Virus record (IMG/VR): IMGVR_UViG_3300020054_000866
Span: 1-64,000 of that record
DNA from: a virus
Reading direction: 5' to 3' (one strand)
DNA: 64,000 nt
Shown here piece by piece: positions 56,773 to 64,000 of this stretch. The position numbers were made by a program, and so were the translations under genes. The notes beneath the pieces are model-generated. The model had not been told where the DNA came from. It did no database searches and saw only the letters and a program-made list of their open reading frames with translations. Numbering within the stretch: the stretch's first letter is position 1; each line of letters starts with the position of its first letter.

Positions 56773-57794
56773 TGAAAAACATCGCGGTGACTGGGATGAC
56801 AGCATCTCAGTACTCAAGATCGCGCAATTCATCGTCACTAAGCTTTGTCGCCTGTCTAAGCGACGCTGCTACCATGTATGGAGACGACGTCCGTGTTTCG
56901 TGGATAAAGCCGTCTGTCTCTCACGCGCAAAGCGACTTTGAAGAATACGATGCGATACTTGTCGGTCTTTCTCCTCTTCTAAGTCTTGCTTCTCACTGCG
57001 CGTACGGCGTTCTTAATGTCGTCGGCATGCTAAAGGGCGATCAACGACTGCACTTCTATATTGACGCTCCTGACCCGGCAAAGATACGTCAAAGTCTGAG
57101 CGCGATTGTAAAGACGCCAGAGTCGTTGAAAAAGCCGATCTATAAGAATAGAAACGAGTACTCTAAAGTTTCTGGCTCAAGTGAGATTGTAGACAGGCTC
57201 GCTGAGTCTGCTGAGTATCTGTATTCAGACAAAAACTACAGAGTGCTGTACCCAGCGTTCTCGTTCACAGACGACGTTCACGTATCAAGAAAGTTGTTCG
57301 GGGAGGACTCGCTGAGAATGGTTCCGTTCAACTTCGATGCTCTATACACGAGGCAGGAAGTTGACGCAGTAATTTCAGCGGAGAAAAGCAAGCTATGGCT
57401 TGTAGAAAATCACAAGACGCGCTGGTTTGAGAGAATGAAAAATCTTCTTTCATATGACTGGGAACCGGTCAAAATTAAAAGAATGCAGCCGGACACCGTG
57501 TCACTAGACAGAATTTGCAGATCCACGGGAACAATCATATGCCCGCAAAACGACTCAATTACGTGGTGGACGTACAGATTAGTGCAATCTTTAGCAGCTC
57601 TAGTCCCGGTTTGTACAGAATGGCGAGATACAATCTCTATCGGGCAGTCATGGTCTGCCATACCGCAGGCCGTCGAGTCGATGAGCATAGCGGAGAGATA
57701 CTCTCTAGCATTAGAACAACTGGAGCAATACTCTCTATCTATTAGAGACGCAGAGACAGAGACATCTAGACTATTTAAGGAGCTTTCACTCTAA
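56769..57794 (+). CDS. Divergent paralogue of the preceding glycosyltransferase-like protein
   Basis: Collinear features: NIAVTGMTA.Q, YD.ILV.L.PL.SL...YG.L and TWW.YR; DDW is replaced by DAP. Confidence 0.5.
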   Translation: MMKNIAVTGMTASQYSRSRNSSSLSFVACLSDAATMYGDDVRVSWIKPSVSHAQSDFEEYDAILVGLSPLLSLASHCAYGVLNVVGMLKGDQRLHFYIDAPDPAKIRQSLSAIVKTPESLKKPIYKNRNEYSKVSGSSEIVDRLAESAEYLYSDKNYRVLYPAFSFTDDVHVSRKLFGEDSLRMVPFNFDALYTRQEVDAVISAEKSKLWLVENHKTRWFERMKNLLSYDWEPVKIKRMQPDTVSLDRICRSTGTIICPQNDSITWWTYRLVQSLAALVPVCTEWRDTISIGQSWSAIPQAVESMSIAERYSLALEQLEQYSLSIRDAETETSRLFKELSL

Positions 57795-58267
57795 TGAACA
57801 TTCTATTTAATCAGTGGCTTGAAAAGACAAAGAAGCTTCAATCAGAAGTCTACGGTGTAGATTACTCCGTGTTTCATAGCGACAGCCCAGAAGATCTTCG
57901 AGCGCTTATCGAGTACATCCGCTGGAACATGCTTGCTATTGATGACGAGCTCTCGGAGGTTCGCAAGGCGATTTCTTGGAAGCCTTGGCAGCACGACGAG
58001 CCGTACGCTGATCGCCGCGAGATTCTCAAGGAATGCGTAGACGTTCTTCATTTTGTCGCTAACATTCTCTGCGCCGCTGGTGCACTTGATGAAGATCTTG
58101 ATTCTGAGTACATCGCAAAGATGCAAATCAACGCGAATAGACAGAAGGCCGGGTACAGAGTTCTTGATGACGGCATGAAGTGCAAACTGTGCGCGCGTGC
58201 CTTAGACGACTACGACACCTCCTCGTGTAAGGAAGACGGGTGCCCGCAGCGTCATGGAGTCGTCTGA
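57794..58267 (+). CDS. MazG / dimeric dUTPase-like dNTP pyrophosphatase
   Basis: DELSE.....WKPW, E.VDVLHF and Y..K...N..RQ..GY; C-terminal Cys cluster. Confidence 0.85.
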   Translation: MNILFNQWLEKTKKLQSEVYGVDYSVFHSDSPEDLRALIEYIRWNMLAIDDELSEVRKAISWKPWQHDEPYADRREILKECVDVLHFVANILCAAGALDEDLDSEYIAKMQINANRQKAGYRVLDDGMKCKLCARALDDYDTSSCKEDGCPQRHGVV

Positions 58268-58499
58268 GTTCGCGTGGGTTGATGTTTCAGCCCAGACAAT
58301 CAAGCAAGGTGACGTACTGCGAGTAAAGCTCGATGCGTACACGACTTCTGCTGGAAAAATGCACAACGGGCGGCTAGTTCGAGTAAGAGAAGTAAAAGAC
58401 GGAGACGTAAGAGTACACACTATTGACTTAAAGACACCACATATCAACGACGCGAGGCACGCGCCTCATCGTCTTGAACGGAAGGTAAGCGTTTTATGA
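58254..58499 (+). CDS. Small hypothetical protein (SH3/KOW-like)
   Basis: IKQGDVLRVK.DAY.....HNGR..RV. Confidence 0.55.
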   Translation: MESSEFAWVDVSAQTIKQGDVLRVKLDAYTTSAGKMHNGRLVRVREVKDGDVRVHTIDLKTPHINDARHAPHRLERKVSVL

Positions 58500-58690
58500 G
58501 AGCAATAGTAAGATTTACAGCCGTCGGTAGTGACATCGAAGAGCTGCTATCAAAACTTAGAGAAGAATGGGCGTCGCTGTCAAATGGAAAAGACTTCCCA
58601 AGAGACAGCTCGATTGACATAGACAAGTTAGAAGAAACTGACGAAAAATACAGGGCCGTGTGCACCGCTCGAGTTAATATAGAAACCTGA
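58496..58690 (+). CDS. Hypothetical protein
   Basis: ATGA-coupled ORF within the operon. Confidence 0.55.
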   Translation: MRAIVRFTAVGSDIEELLSKLREEWASLSNGKDFPRDSSIDIDKLEETDEKYRAVCTARVNIET

Positions 58691-58695
58691 GGAAA

Positions 58696-59004
58696 ATGAC
58701 AAAAAAGATTGAAACCACGAGCGAGTCTCCAAGAGAGAAGATGCTTTCGGAGGCAGCAAAAATTATCTCTGGAGAGCGTGATCTTCAGTACGGCGGACCG
58801 GAAGACAATTTCCAAAGAATCGCGTCGCTATGGTCAGTCATTTTTGACAGAGACTTCAGCAAAGAAGATGTCGCAATGGCAATGATCGCAGTAAAACTCG
58901 CGCGATTTTCTTCCAACTACGGATTTCAACCAGACACCTGGACGGACATCGCGGGGTACGCGGCGTGCGGTTACGAGGTCGGGTTGATCGACTCAGGAGA
59001 GTGA
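58696..59004 (+). CDS. DUF6378-like (putative dNTP diphosphohydrolase) protein
   Basis: A..I+.G.R...YG...NF.RIA.LWS...VA..M...KLAR......D.W.DIAGYA. Confidence 0.8.
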   Translation: MTKKIETTSESPREKMLSEAAKIISGERDLQYGGPEDNFQRIASLWSVIFDRDFSKEDVAMAMIAVKLARFSSNYGFQPDTWTDIAGYAACGYEVGLIDSGE

Positions 59005-59005
59005 C

Positions 59006-60253
59006 ATGAGCACGAAAAAGTTTATCGACTGCAACGGCCTCGCTGGCTTCATGAGCCTTGGCTTTGTAAACTCCGGAATGGAGATGCTGGCAAGGACTGG
59101 GACGTTGAACTTCGGTAATCCAGTTGCAGAAGTGAATAGACATCATCTCGGCAACTCGTGGAACTCGTCATTCTCCGATGATCCGAGCGACTGGCCTGAT
59201 ATGGAAGCAGACATTGTTCTCGGCTGCCCGCCGTGCTCTGGATGGTCTCTATGGTCTGGCCCGGCAAACCGCGGGCCTGATGCTAAGGCTCACGAGCATA
59301 CTCGCGCGTTCATGAGATACGCAGCTCGCATCAAGCCGAAGATGATTGTCTTTGAATGTGTGCAGCAAGCGTACACTCAAGGACGACCAATGATGAATCA
59401 GTATCGTCAAATGGTAGAGGATCTCTCAGGCAAGCAGTACGATCTCTATCACGTCAAGCACAACAATCTCCAGGTCGGCGGATTCTCATATCGCATGCGG
59501 TACTTCTGGGTTGCTGTTGAAAAAGGCATGCCGTTTGGCGCTCACGCTGAGACGCCTAGCGAGATGCCTAGAATGATAGACGTAATTGGTGACCTCGAGC
59601 ACTGCGAGATCACGTGGGACCGACAGGCGTACTCCAACGACGGGTCGAAGTACGTTGCCGATCTCAGAAACCAAGACGGTACTGTTGACGGTCACATGAA
59701 CAAGACAAATCTCGAGTCGCAGAGAATTCAAGAAATCTTTGACATCATCGGCAACGATGGTTGGAAGCCGATGAAGCAGATGAACGAGGCTCTTAAGCTC
59801 GCCGTCGAGATGAACGGAGGGTACTTTCCACAGAGCTGGAGCAACAAAGAAGACAAGATTCGCGCCAATGACTTCTACATGGGGTTCTCACTCCCAGCAA
59901 GATGGGACGCTGAATCTTTCTGCCACGTGCTCACCGGTAGCGCGCTCGATCACGTCGTGCACCCAACGCAGCCGAGAAGAATCACTCACAGGGAGGCGGC
60001 AAGAATTCAAGGCCTTCCCGATGATTGGGAAATCGTCGCCGCGAAGGACTACACCCCGCAGAGCGCGACTTGGGGCAAGGCAGTGGCGGTGCAGGCGGCT
60101 AACTGGATCGGAGAGGCCTGCTCAGCGGCCTTAGACGGCCAGCCAAACGGTCCACAGGGTGAATTGATTGGTGATCGCGAATACCTTCTCGACACTGACA
60201 AGGGCTTTAGTAGAAACTTCGTCAAGAAGAACTTCTACCAGCGAGAAGACTAA
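59006..60253 (+). CDS. C5-cytosine DNA methyltransferase-like protein with atypical motifs
   Basis: PPCSGWS (motif IV), FECV (VI), YRMRYF (VIII), ITHREAARIQGLPD.W (IX) and WGKAV (X); motif I is CNGLAG. Confidence 0.8.
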   Translation: MSTKKFIDCNGLAGFMSLGFVNSGMEMLARTGTLNFGNPVAEVNRHHLGNSWNSSFSDDPSDWPDMEADIVLGCPPCSGWSLWSGPANRGPDAKAHEHTRAFMRYAARIKPKMIVFECVQQAYTQGRPMMNQYRQMVEDLSGKQYDLYHVKHNNLQVGGFSYRMRYFWVAVEKGMPFGAHAETPSEMPRMIDVIGDLEHCEITWDRQAYSNDGSKYVADLRNQDGTVDGHMNKTNLESQRIQEIFDIIGNDGWKPMKQMNEALKLAVEMNGGYFPQSWSNKEDKIRANDFYMGFSLPARWDAESFCHVLTGSALDHVVHPTQPRRITHREAARIQGLPDDWEIVAAKDYTPQSATWGKAVAVQAANWIGEACSAALDGQPNGPQGELIGDREYLLDTDKGFSRNFVKKNFYQRED

Positions 60254-60324
60254 GTCGTTCTAAAGAAAGCGCCATTTGATATAGTGGCGGCAGACAGTAG
60301 CTGTCAACTAATACGGAGCGACGC

Positions 60325-60837
60325 ATGCAATCATTTCTAGTCTCGACTGACTCGTTTGAGACAACAGCAAAAGTACTAGACAACAAGCGCCTGCATAAGC
60401 AGACTCTTGAGGCATGGCAGTGCTTGCTAACAATCTCTGGCCTAGACCCAGAGGGCAACGACCGAAACCCTAAGGGCTGGGTGAATCACCCAGTTGTAAA
60501 AATGTGGCGCGGCTACGAGACAGTGTTTGTCTCATACATCTCGGCTACGTACTTCGAGTGGCGATCGCGCGGGTACAAATCAACTCTTCTTGAGAAAACG
60601 TACAGAACGTACGATCTAGCAGTCTCACTAGGCCGTGTCTCTTCCGAGTATCGACTCCCACCATGGATGCAAGACTCTACGTACTTTAGCAGCCTATGTT
60701 CTACTCATCGGACCGCACTCCTGTGCAAGAACTACGAGTGGTACCATCAGTTCGGCTGGCCAGAGGACTCGGGGACTGCACCAGAGACGTACGAGTACTT
60801 GTGGCCTCATCAAGACGGCTACGTCATCGCCGGCTAA
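60325..60837 (+). CDS. MSMEG_6728-family / pyrimidine-dimer DNA glycosylase (DenV-like)
   Basis: MQ.FL......TA.VLD.KRL.KQ.LEA.Q, W.NHP.VKMW.G and H+..L..K...Y......Y.WP. Confidence 0.85.
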   Translation: MQSFLVSTDSFETTAKVLDNKRLHKQTLEAWQCLLTISGLDPEGNDRNPKGWVNHPVVKMWRGYETVFVSYISATYFEWRSRGYKSTLLEKTYRTYDLAVSLGRVSSEYRLPPWMQDSTYFSSLCSTHRTALLCKNYEWYHQFGWPEDSGTAPETYEYLWPHQDGYVIAG

Positions 60838-60923
60838 TCGGCTGAGATGGCCCTAGAGTTCCGCACAATAAACTCTACGATATTGCTCCGATAAGCAATG
60901 GTCATAGTATAGAATTATTCGGT

Positions 60924-61265
60924 ATGAATGATTCACGCCCGGGCGAGACTCTATGGTCTGAGTGGTTAGGTGAAGACTACTCTTTATTCTCGAGCGGCGG
61001 AATTGTCTACTACACTATCGAGCACGTGGACATCGAGAATGAAGTTGTAAAGCGCGCTTTGGCATCGTCTCTTCAAAGAGATGGAGTAGCTCTCTCCTTA
61101 GGTGAAGGCTACAAATTTGTCGAGTCAGGTGTGCCGACACATGGATACGTCGGATACACAGACGGAGACGACGAGCCAACAGTTTGCGATTCCGACGGAG
61201 AGACATACTACGGTGACGAAATCGACGAGGTGCTAGAAGCTACCTGGGTCGAAATCGATGCCTAG
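60924..61265 (+). CDS. Acidic hypothetical protein (leaderless: TAGAAT 8 nt upstream)
   Basis: ORF overlaps the whiB start. Confidence 0.6.
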   Translation: MNDSRPGETLWSEWLGEDYSLFSSGGIVYYTIEHVDIENEVVKRALASSLQRDGVALSLGEGYKFVESGVPTHGYVGYTDGDDEPTVCDSDGETYYGDEIDEVLEATWVEIDA

Positions 61266-61761
61266 CGGTCTAAGTAGATTCGACTGGCAAGACAACGCAG
61301 AGTGTAAGAAGCCAGAGAATAAGCATCTTGCCCCCAACTTCTTTTCTGCCGAGCTCAGGGACAGATACGACGCTAAGAATCTTTGCTACTCGTGTCCCGT
61401 AAGAAAAGACTGCCTCAAGTACGCTCTTGAAGAAAAAGAACTTTGGGGCGTGTGGGGTGGCAAGGACGAGTCTGAAATACGAAGAGCGTTGTCAGTTTCT
61501 CACGAGGGCAAGGAAATACGACGAACAAGATTCCCGAATTGCCCATATTGCGGAGCCCGTCCGGTCAAGCTTCAAGTTCTTGTGCGCCCATCACCTGAAG
61601 GCGGACGTTGGCCGACAATGCGATTAGTAAATTGCACAGAGTGCGACTTCACCTGGAGAAGTAGAACAAGCGCAAACGCTGTAAGCGCATATCATTCAGC
61701 GCGAGAGAAGTCTAAAAAGAAGGCCGAGTCTTCAAAAAAGAGAAAGCCTAAGAAGACGTAA
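61258..61761 (+). CDS. whiB: WhiB-family regulator with an extra C-terminal zinc ribbon
   Basis: WQ..AEC...AK.LC.SCPVR..CL..AL...WGVWGG, then CPYC...CTEC and a basic tail. Confidence 0.88.
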   Translation: MPSGLSRFDWQDNAECKKPENKHLAPNFFSAELRDRYDAKNLCYSCPVRKDCLKYALEEKELWGVWGGKDESEIRRALSVSHEGKEIRRTRFPNCPYCGARPVKLQVLVRPSPEGGRWPTMRLVNCTECDFTWRSRTSANAVSAYHSAREKSKKKAESSKKRKPKKT

Positions 61762-61762
61762 G

Positions 61763-61918
61763 TCAGTCGTGGCTGTGATCTCTTGCCGCAGCAAGAGACT
61801 GAGAAAGCGACGACACAGTCGCTTCTAGCATCGCAATCTTCTGCGCCTGCTGCGCGATCTGCGCGGTGAGACTGTTAATCACCTGCTGGACATCAAGTTG
61901 CATGTCTGGGTTTTCCAT
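61763..61918 (-). CDS. Small coiled-coil protein (51 aa; not in the ORF track)
   Basis: TAATG coupling; MENPDMQLDVQQVINSLTAQIAQQAQKIAMLEA... Confidence 0.55.
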   Translation of the reverse strand: MENPDMQLDVQQVINSLTAQIAQQAQKIAMLEATVSSLSQSLAAARDHSHD

Positions 61919-62184
61919 TACGTGTACCTCTGTCTTTTTACGAAGTCAATCAGCTCTTGATCGACCGCTACGTGATTCGGGGATAATTTTATACCGAGAT
62001 CGCTAGGAAAGTTTAGACCAACGTTAGTTTGAGCCGGAACCGCTAAGATTCTTCCCGCGGTCTCGCAAATAAAGCACGACTCGTCATCTACCCAACTTAC
62101 ACCGCAGTCTGAGCAACAGTAAAGTGTAGAGTTCTTGTCTAGTGCTGAGAAGACAATGTCAGACGCGAAGTCTTCTACCTTCAT
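61918..62184 (-). CDS. Small Zn-finger-like protein (leaderless: TAGAAT 7 nt upstream)
   Basis: CSDC..W....CFIC. Confidence 0.55.
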   Translation of the reverse strand: MKVEDFASDIVFSALDKNSTLYCCSDCGVSWVDDESCFICETAGRILAVPAQTNVGLNFPSDLGIKLSPNHVAVDQELIDFVKRQRYT

Positions 62185-62198
62185 GCGCGATATTCTAA

Positions 62199-63830
62199 CT
62201 ACCGAGCTTCCTTAGCACTGAACGAAGCGGCAGTATTGGCAAAGAACTGATTCATAGTGTTCGCGCTTCCGCCAAGAACAGTGGCAGTGTTGTTGATGAA
62301 TCGGTACATCACAGAAGTGCCAGATGACGCGCCGTGAGTGTCGACAACTCTAACAAAAATTGGCGCGTACTGTTGCTGAAGAGTTCCGCCAGAGTTTTCT
62401 TCAGTAGCGCCAACTTGAACGCTCTGAACGTCTGTCCATGAGCTTCCGCCGTTAGTGCTTCTTTGTAGAAGCAAATACGGCTCTTCGTCTGTCGCAGTCA
62501 CAGACTGAAAGACTCCACCCAGTTCTACAACGTTCTTCGTAAATCCACTAGTTACGGTCACTGTCACAGACGCAGCGGATCCGTTAGCATCCTGTATTGG
62601 CGAACCGTCCGTGATAGAAGCGTTTGCGTTAGACCCAGCGGCAGTGAGGTTGACGTCTGCCGTGTCTCCTTCGTATGTTGATAACGGGCTCGGTGAAAAG
62701 TTTGATCCGTCATAAACTAAGAAGTCTCCGGCTGCCGGTGGGGAAAATCCCATTGACACATCTGAAAGAGTGTCAAGATCGATTGGCCTGTTGATCCAAT
62801 CTGCTCCGTCAAAGTACAGATGATCTCCAGATGTAGGAGTGACTACTGTAAAGTCAGTGTCGCTAAGATCACCTAACGCGTGATTGGCGATGCTACTGAC
62901 AGTCCCAGTGAATGTCGCATCGGTGCCGTCAGTGCCATTGTCGAGAATCTTAGACGTTCCGTTTCCAGCATAGATGTCGCCAGTGACACTGCCTGTAACG
63001 TCACCAGTGACATTTCCAGAGAGACTGGCAGTAACACTATTGAACGTGACGTTGTCCGTGGTCCCGACGGCTTGGCCAATAGCGATTGACGGTATCGACC
63101 CTTCTCCAATTGTCCCGCTTAGAATTACACCGGTGCCAGCAGTCAATGACTCGACATAGTCGCCTGTGGTGTCAGTGCCGAGCGCAACTGCGCCGCTTTG
63201 CACAGTTGTTGAAACAGTTATCGTTCCATTAGCAAGATCAGTAAGCGTCGCGCTTGCTGAACCTGCCACGTCTCCAGTGAGGGTTACGGTGATCTCAGGG
63301 TCCGGCTTGTTGAGAACATTTGACCAGTCGACCTGCGCGTCGATCTCTCCGATTGTACCTGAGAACACCTCAGAGCTATTCGTCGCGTCTGGGACGAACG
63401 TGAATTTGCCGGTGGAATCGTCAAAGCCAAAGAAGCCGACTTTTGCTGCTGCACCATTATGCCAGCGGAACTCGACACCGCGATCTTTGTTGTCGTCAGA
63501 CGCTGGAGCAGTGTCTCCACCAAGAGTGAAGATCGGATCATCAACAGTAACAGTCGTCGAGTTTGTTGTCGTTGTTGTGCCGTTGACGGTTAAGTTCCCT
63601 GTCACCGTAAGGTTACCGCCAATTGATCCGGCGCCGCTCACAGTCAACGAAGTGAGCGTCCCGACGGACGTAAGACTTGAGCCAAGAACGGTTGAGGCAA
63701 GAGAATACGACGGCGAAGAGTACGTAAATCTCTCGTCAATTGCTTGAATAGCAGTATTTAACGTAGAACCCCAGCCGGTGTCTCCGTTTTCTGGGAGCGG
63801 CGTCGCTCCATCAATTAAATATGTAGCCAT
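62199..63830 (-). CDS. Tail fibre protein paralogous to 17066
   Basis: TVDDPIFTLG, ALGTDTTGDYVESL.AGTGV and NGTSKILDNGTDGTDATF, all shared with 17066. Confidence 0.78.
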   Translation of the reverse strand: MATYLIDGATPLPENGDTGWGSTLNTAIQAIDERFTYSSPSYSLASTVLGSSLTSVGTLTSLTVSGAGSIGGNLTVTGNLTVNGTTTTTNSTTVTVDDPIFTLGGDTAPASDDNKDRGVEFRWHNGAAAKVGFFGFDDSTGKFTFVPDATNSSEVFSGTIGEIDAQVDWSNVLNKPDPEITVTLTGDVAGSASATLTDLANGTITVSTTVQSGAVALGTDTTGDYVESLTAGTGVILSGTIGEGSIPSIAIGQAVGTTDNVTFNSVTASLSGNVTGDVTGSVTGDIYAGNGTSKILDNGTDGTDATFTGTVSSIANHALGDLSDTDFTVVTPTSGDHLYFDGADWINRPIDLDTLSDVSMGFSPPAAGDFLVYDGSNFSPSPLSTYEGDTADVNLTAAGSNANASITDGSPIQDANGSAASVTVTVTSGFTKNVVELGGVFQSVTATDEEPYLLLQRSTNGGSSWTDVQSVQVGATEENSGGTLQQQYAPIFVRVVDTHGASSGTSVMYRFINNTATVLGGSANTMNQFFANTAASFSAKEAR

Positions 63831-63864
63831 GTCGTCTCCGTTCTCAGACCTTATTCATAATATC

Positions 63865-64000
63865 TTAGACAAACGCGCCTTTGCGTAGTTGAAATGCTAG
63901 TTGACGTGAAACCATCGCCGCGAGTTCTGCTTCATCCATGCCAGCAGACGGGTATACGTTCAGCGTAATTCCGCCGCCAGAGAGCTGCTGAATGATTGCG
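63865..64000 (-). CDS. C-terminus of a gene running off the window, probably the tape measure protein
   Basis: ...AIIQQLSGGGITLNVYPSAGMDEAELAAMVSRQLAFQLRKGAFV*, a typical TMP ending. Confidence 0.6.
   Translation of the reverse strand, partial: AIIQQLSGGGITLNVYPSAGMDEAELAAMVSRQLAFQLRKGAFV

Larger units (their letters stand above)
1..64000. mobile_element. Tailed dsDNA actinobacteriophage genome segment (siphovirus-like)
   Basis: Dense, overlapping (ATGA/TAATG) phage-type genes throughout: endolysin, tail fibres, Dit-like, PolA, PrimPol-helicase, Sak4/DUF669, WhiB. No host housekeeping operon. Confidence 0.95.

Noticed and set aside
1-64000. tRNA genes or recoded stop codons
   Set aside because: No cloverleaf or T-loop signature was seen in intergenic gaps, and genes are full length under the standard code. 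tRNAscan-SE would confirm.

Overview
The whole window reads as part of a tailed (siphovirus-like) dsDNA phage genome infecting an actinobacterium. Evidence for the host is two WhiB regulators, DUF3039, an MSMEG_6728-like gene, a Nei glycosylase, an LPxTG protein and several leaderless promoters; an aquatic host is only a guess. 1-14.7 kb holds accessory, lysis and nucleotide genes: LPxTG/FN3 protein, WhiB, class II RNR, Nei, endolysin and holin-like genes, transglycosylase, GT8, a small serine recombinase, PrimPol-SF3 helicase and a metallophosphoesterase. 14.7-40.9 kb is a very large + strand array of about 30 tail-fibre/adhesin genes built on a recurring grammar: MAIDFP-type adaptor, connector, glycine-rich or beta-propeller tip, small chaperone. 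It contains deletion scars and appears to avoid AGCT sites, unlike the backbone. 41-45.5 kb holds Dit-like and minor tail genes. 45.6-61.8 kb holds replication and recombination genes (PolA, SNF2, Cas4-like, Sak4, DUF669, RuvC-like) mixed with a probable cytosine hypermodification system: a ThyA-fold enzyme with the dCMP-type Asp, a kinase-UDG fusion, two GT-B paralogues, two dNTP pyrophosphatases, two deaminases and a C5-MTase with a non-canonical SAM pocket. 61.8-64 kb is on the - strand: a fibre gene and the probable tape-measure C-terminus, which faces away from Dit and suggests a ~23 kb inversion. No tRNA, rRNA or CRISPR array was seen. All calls come from reading motifs by eye; no searches were run.
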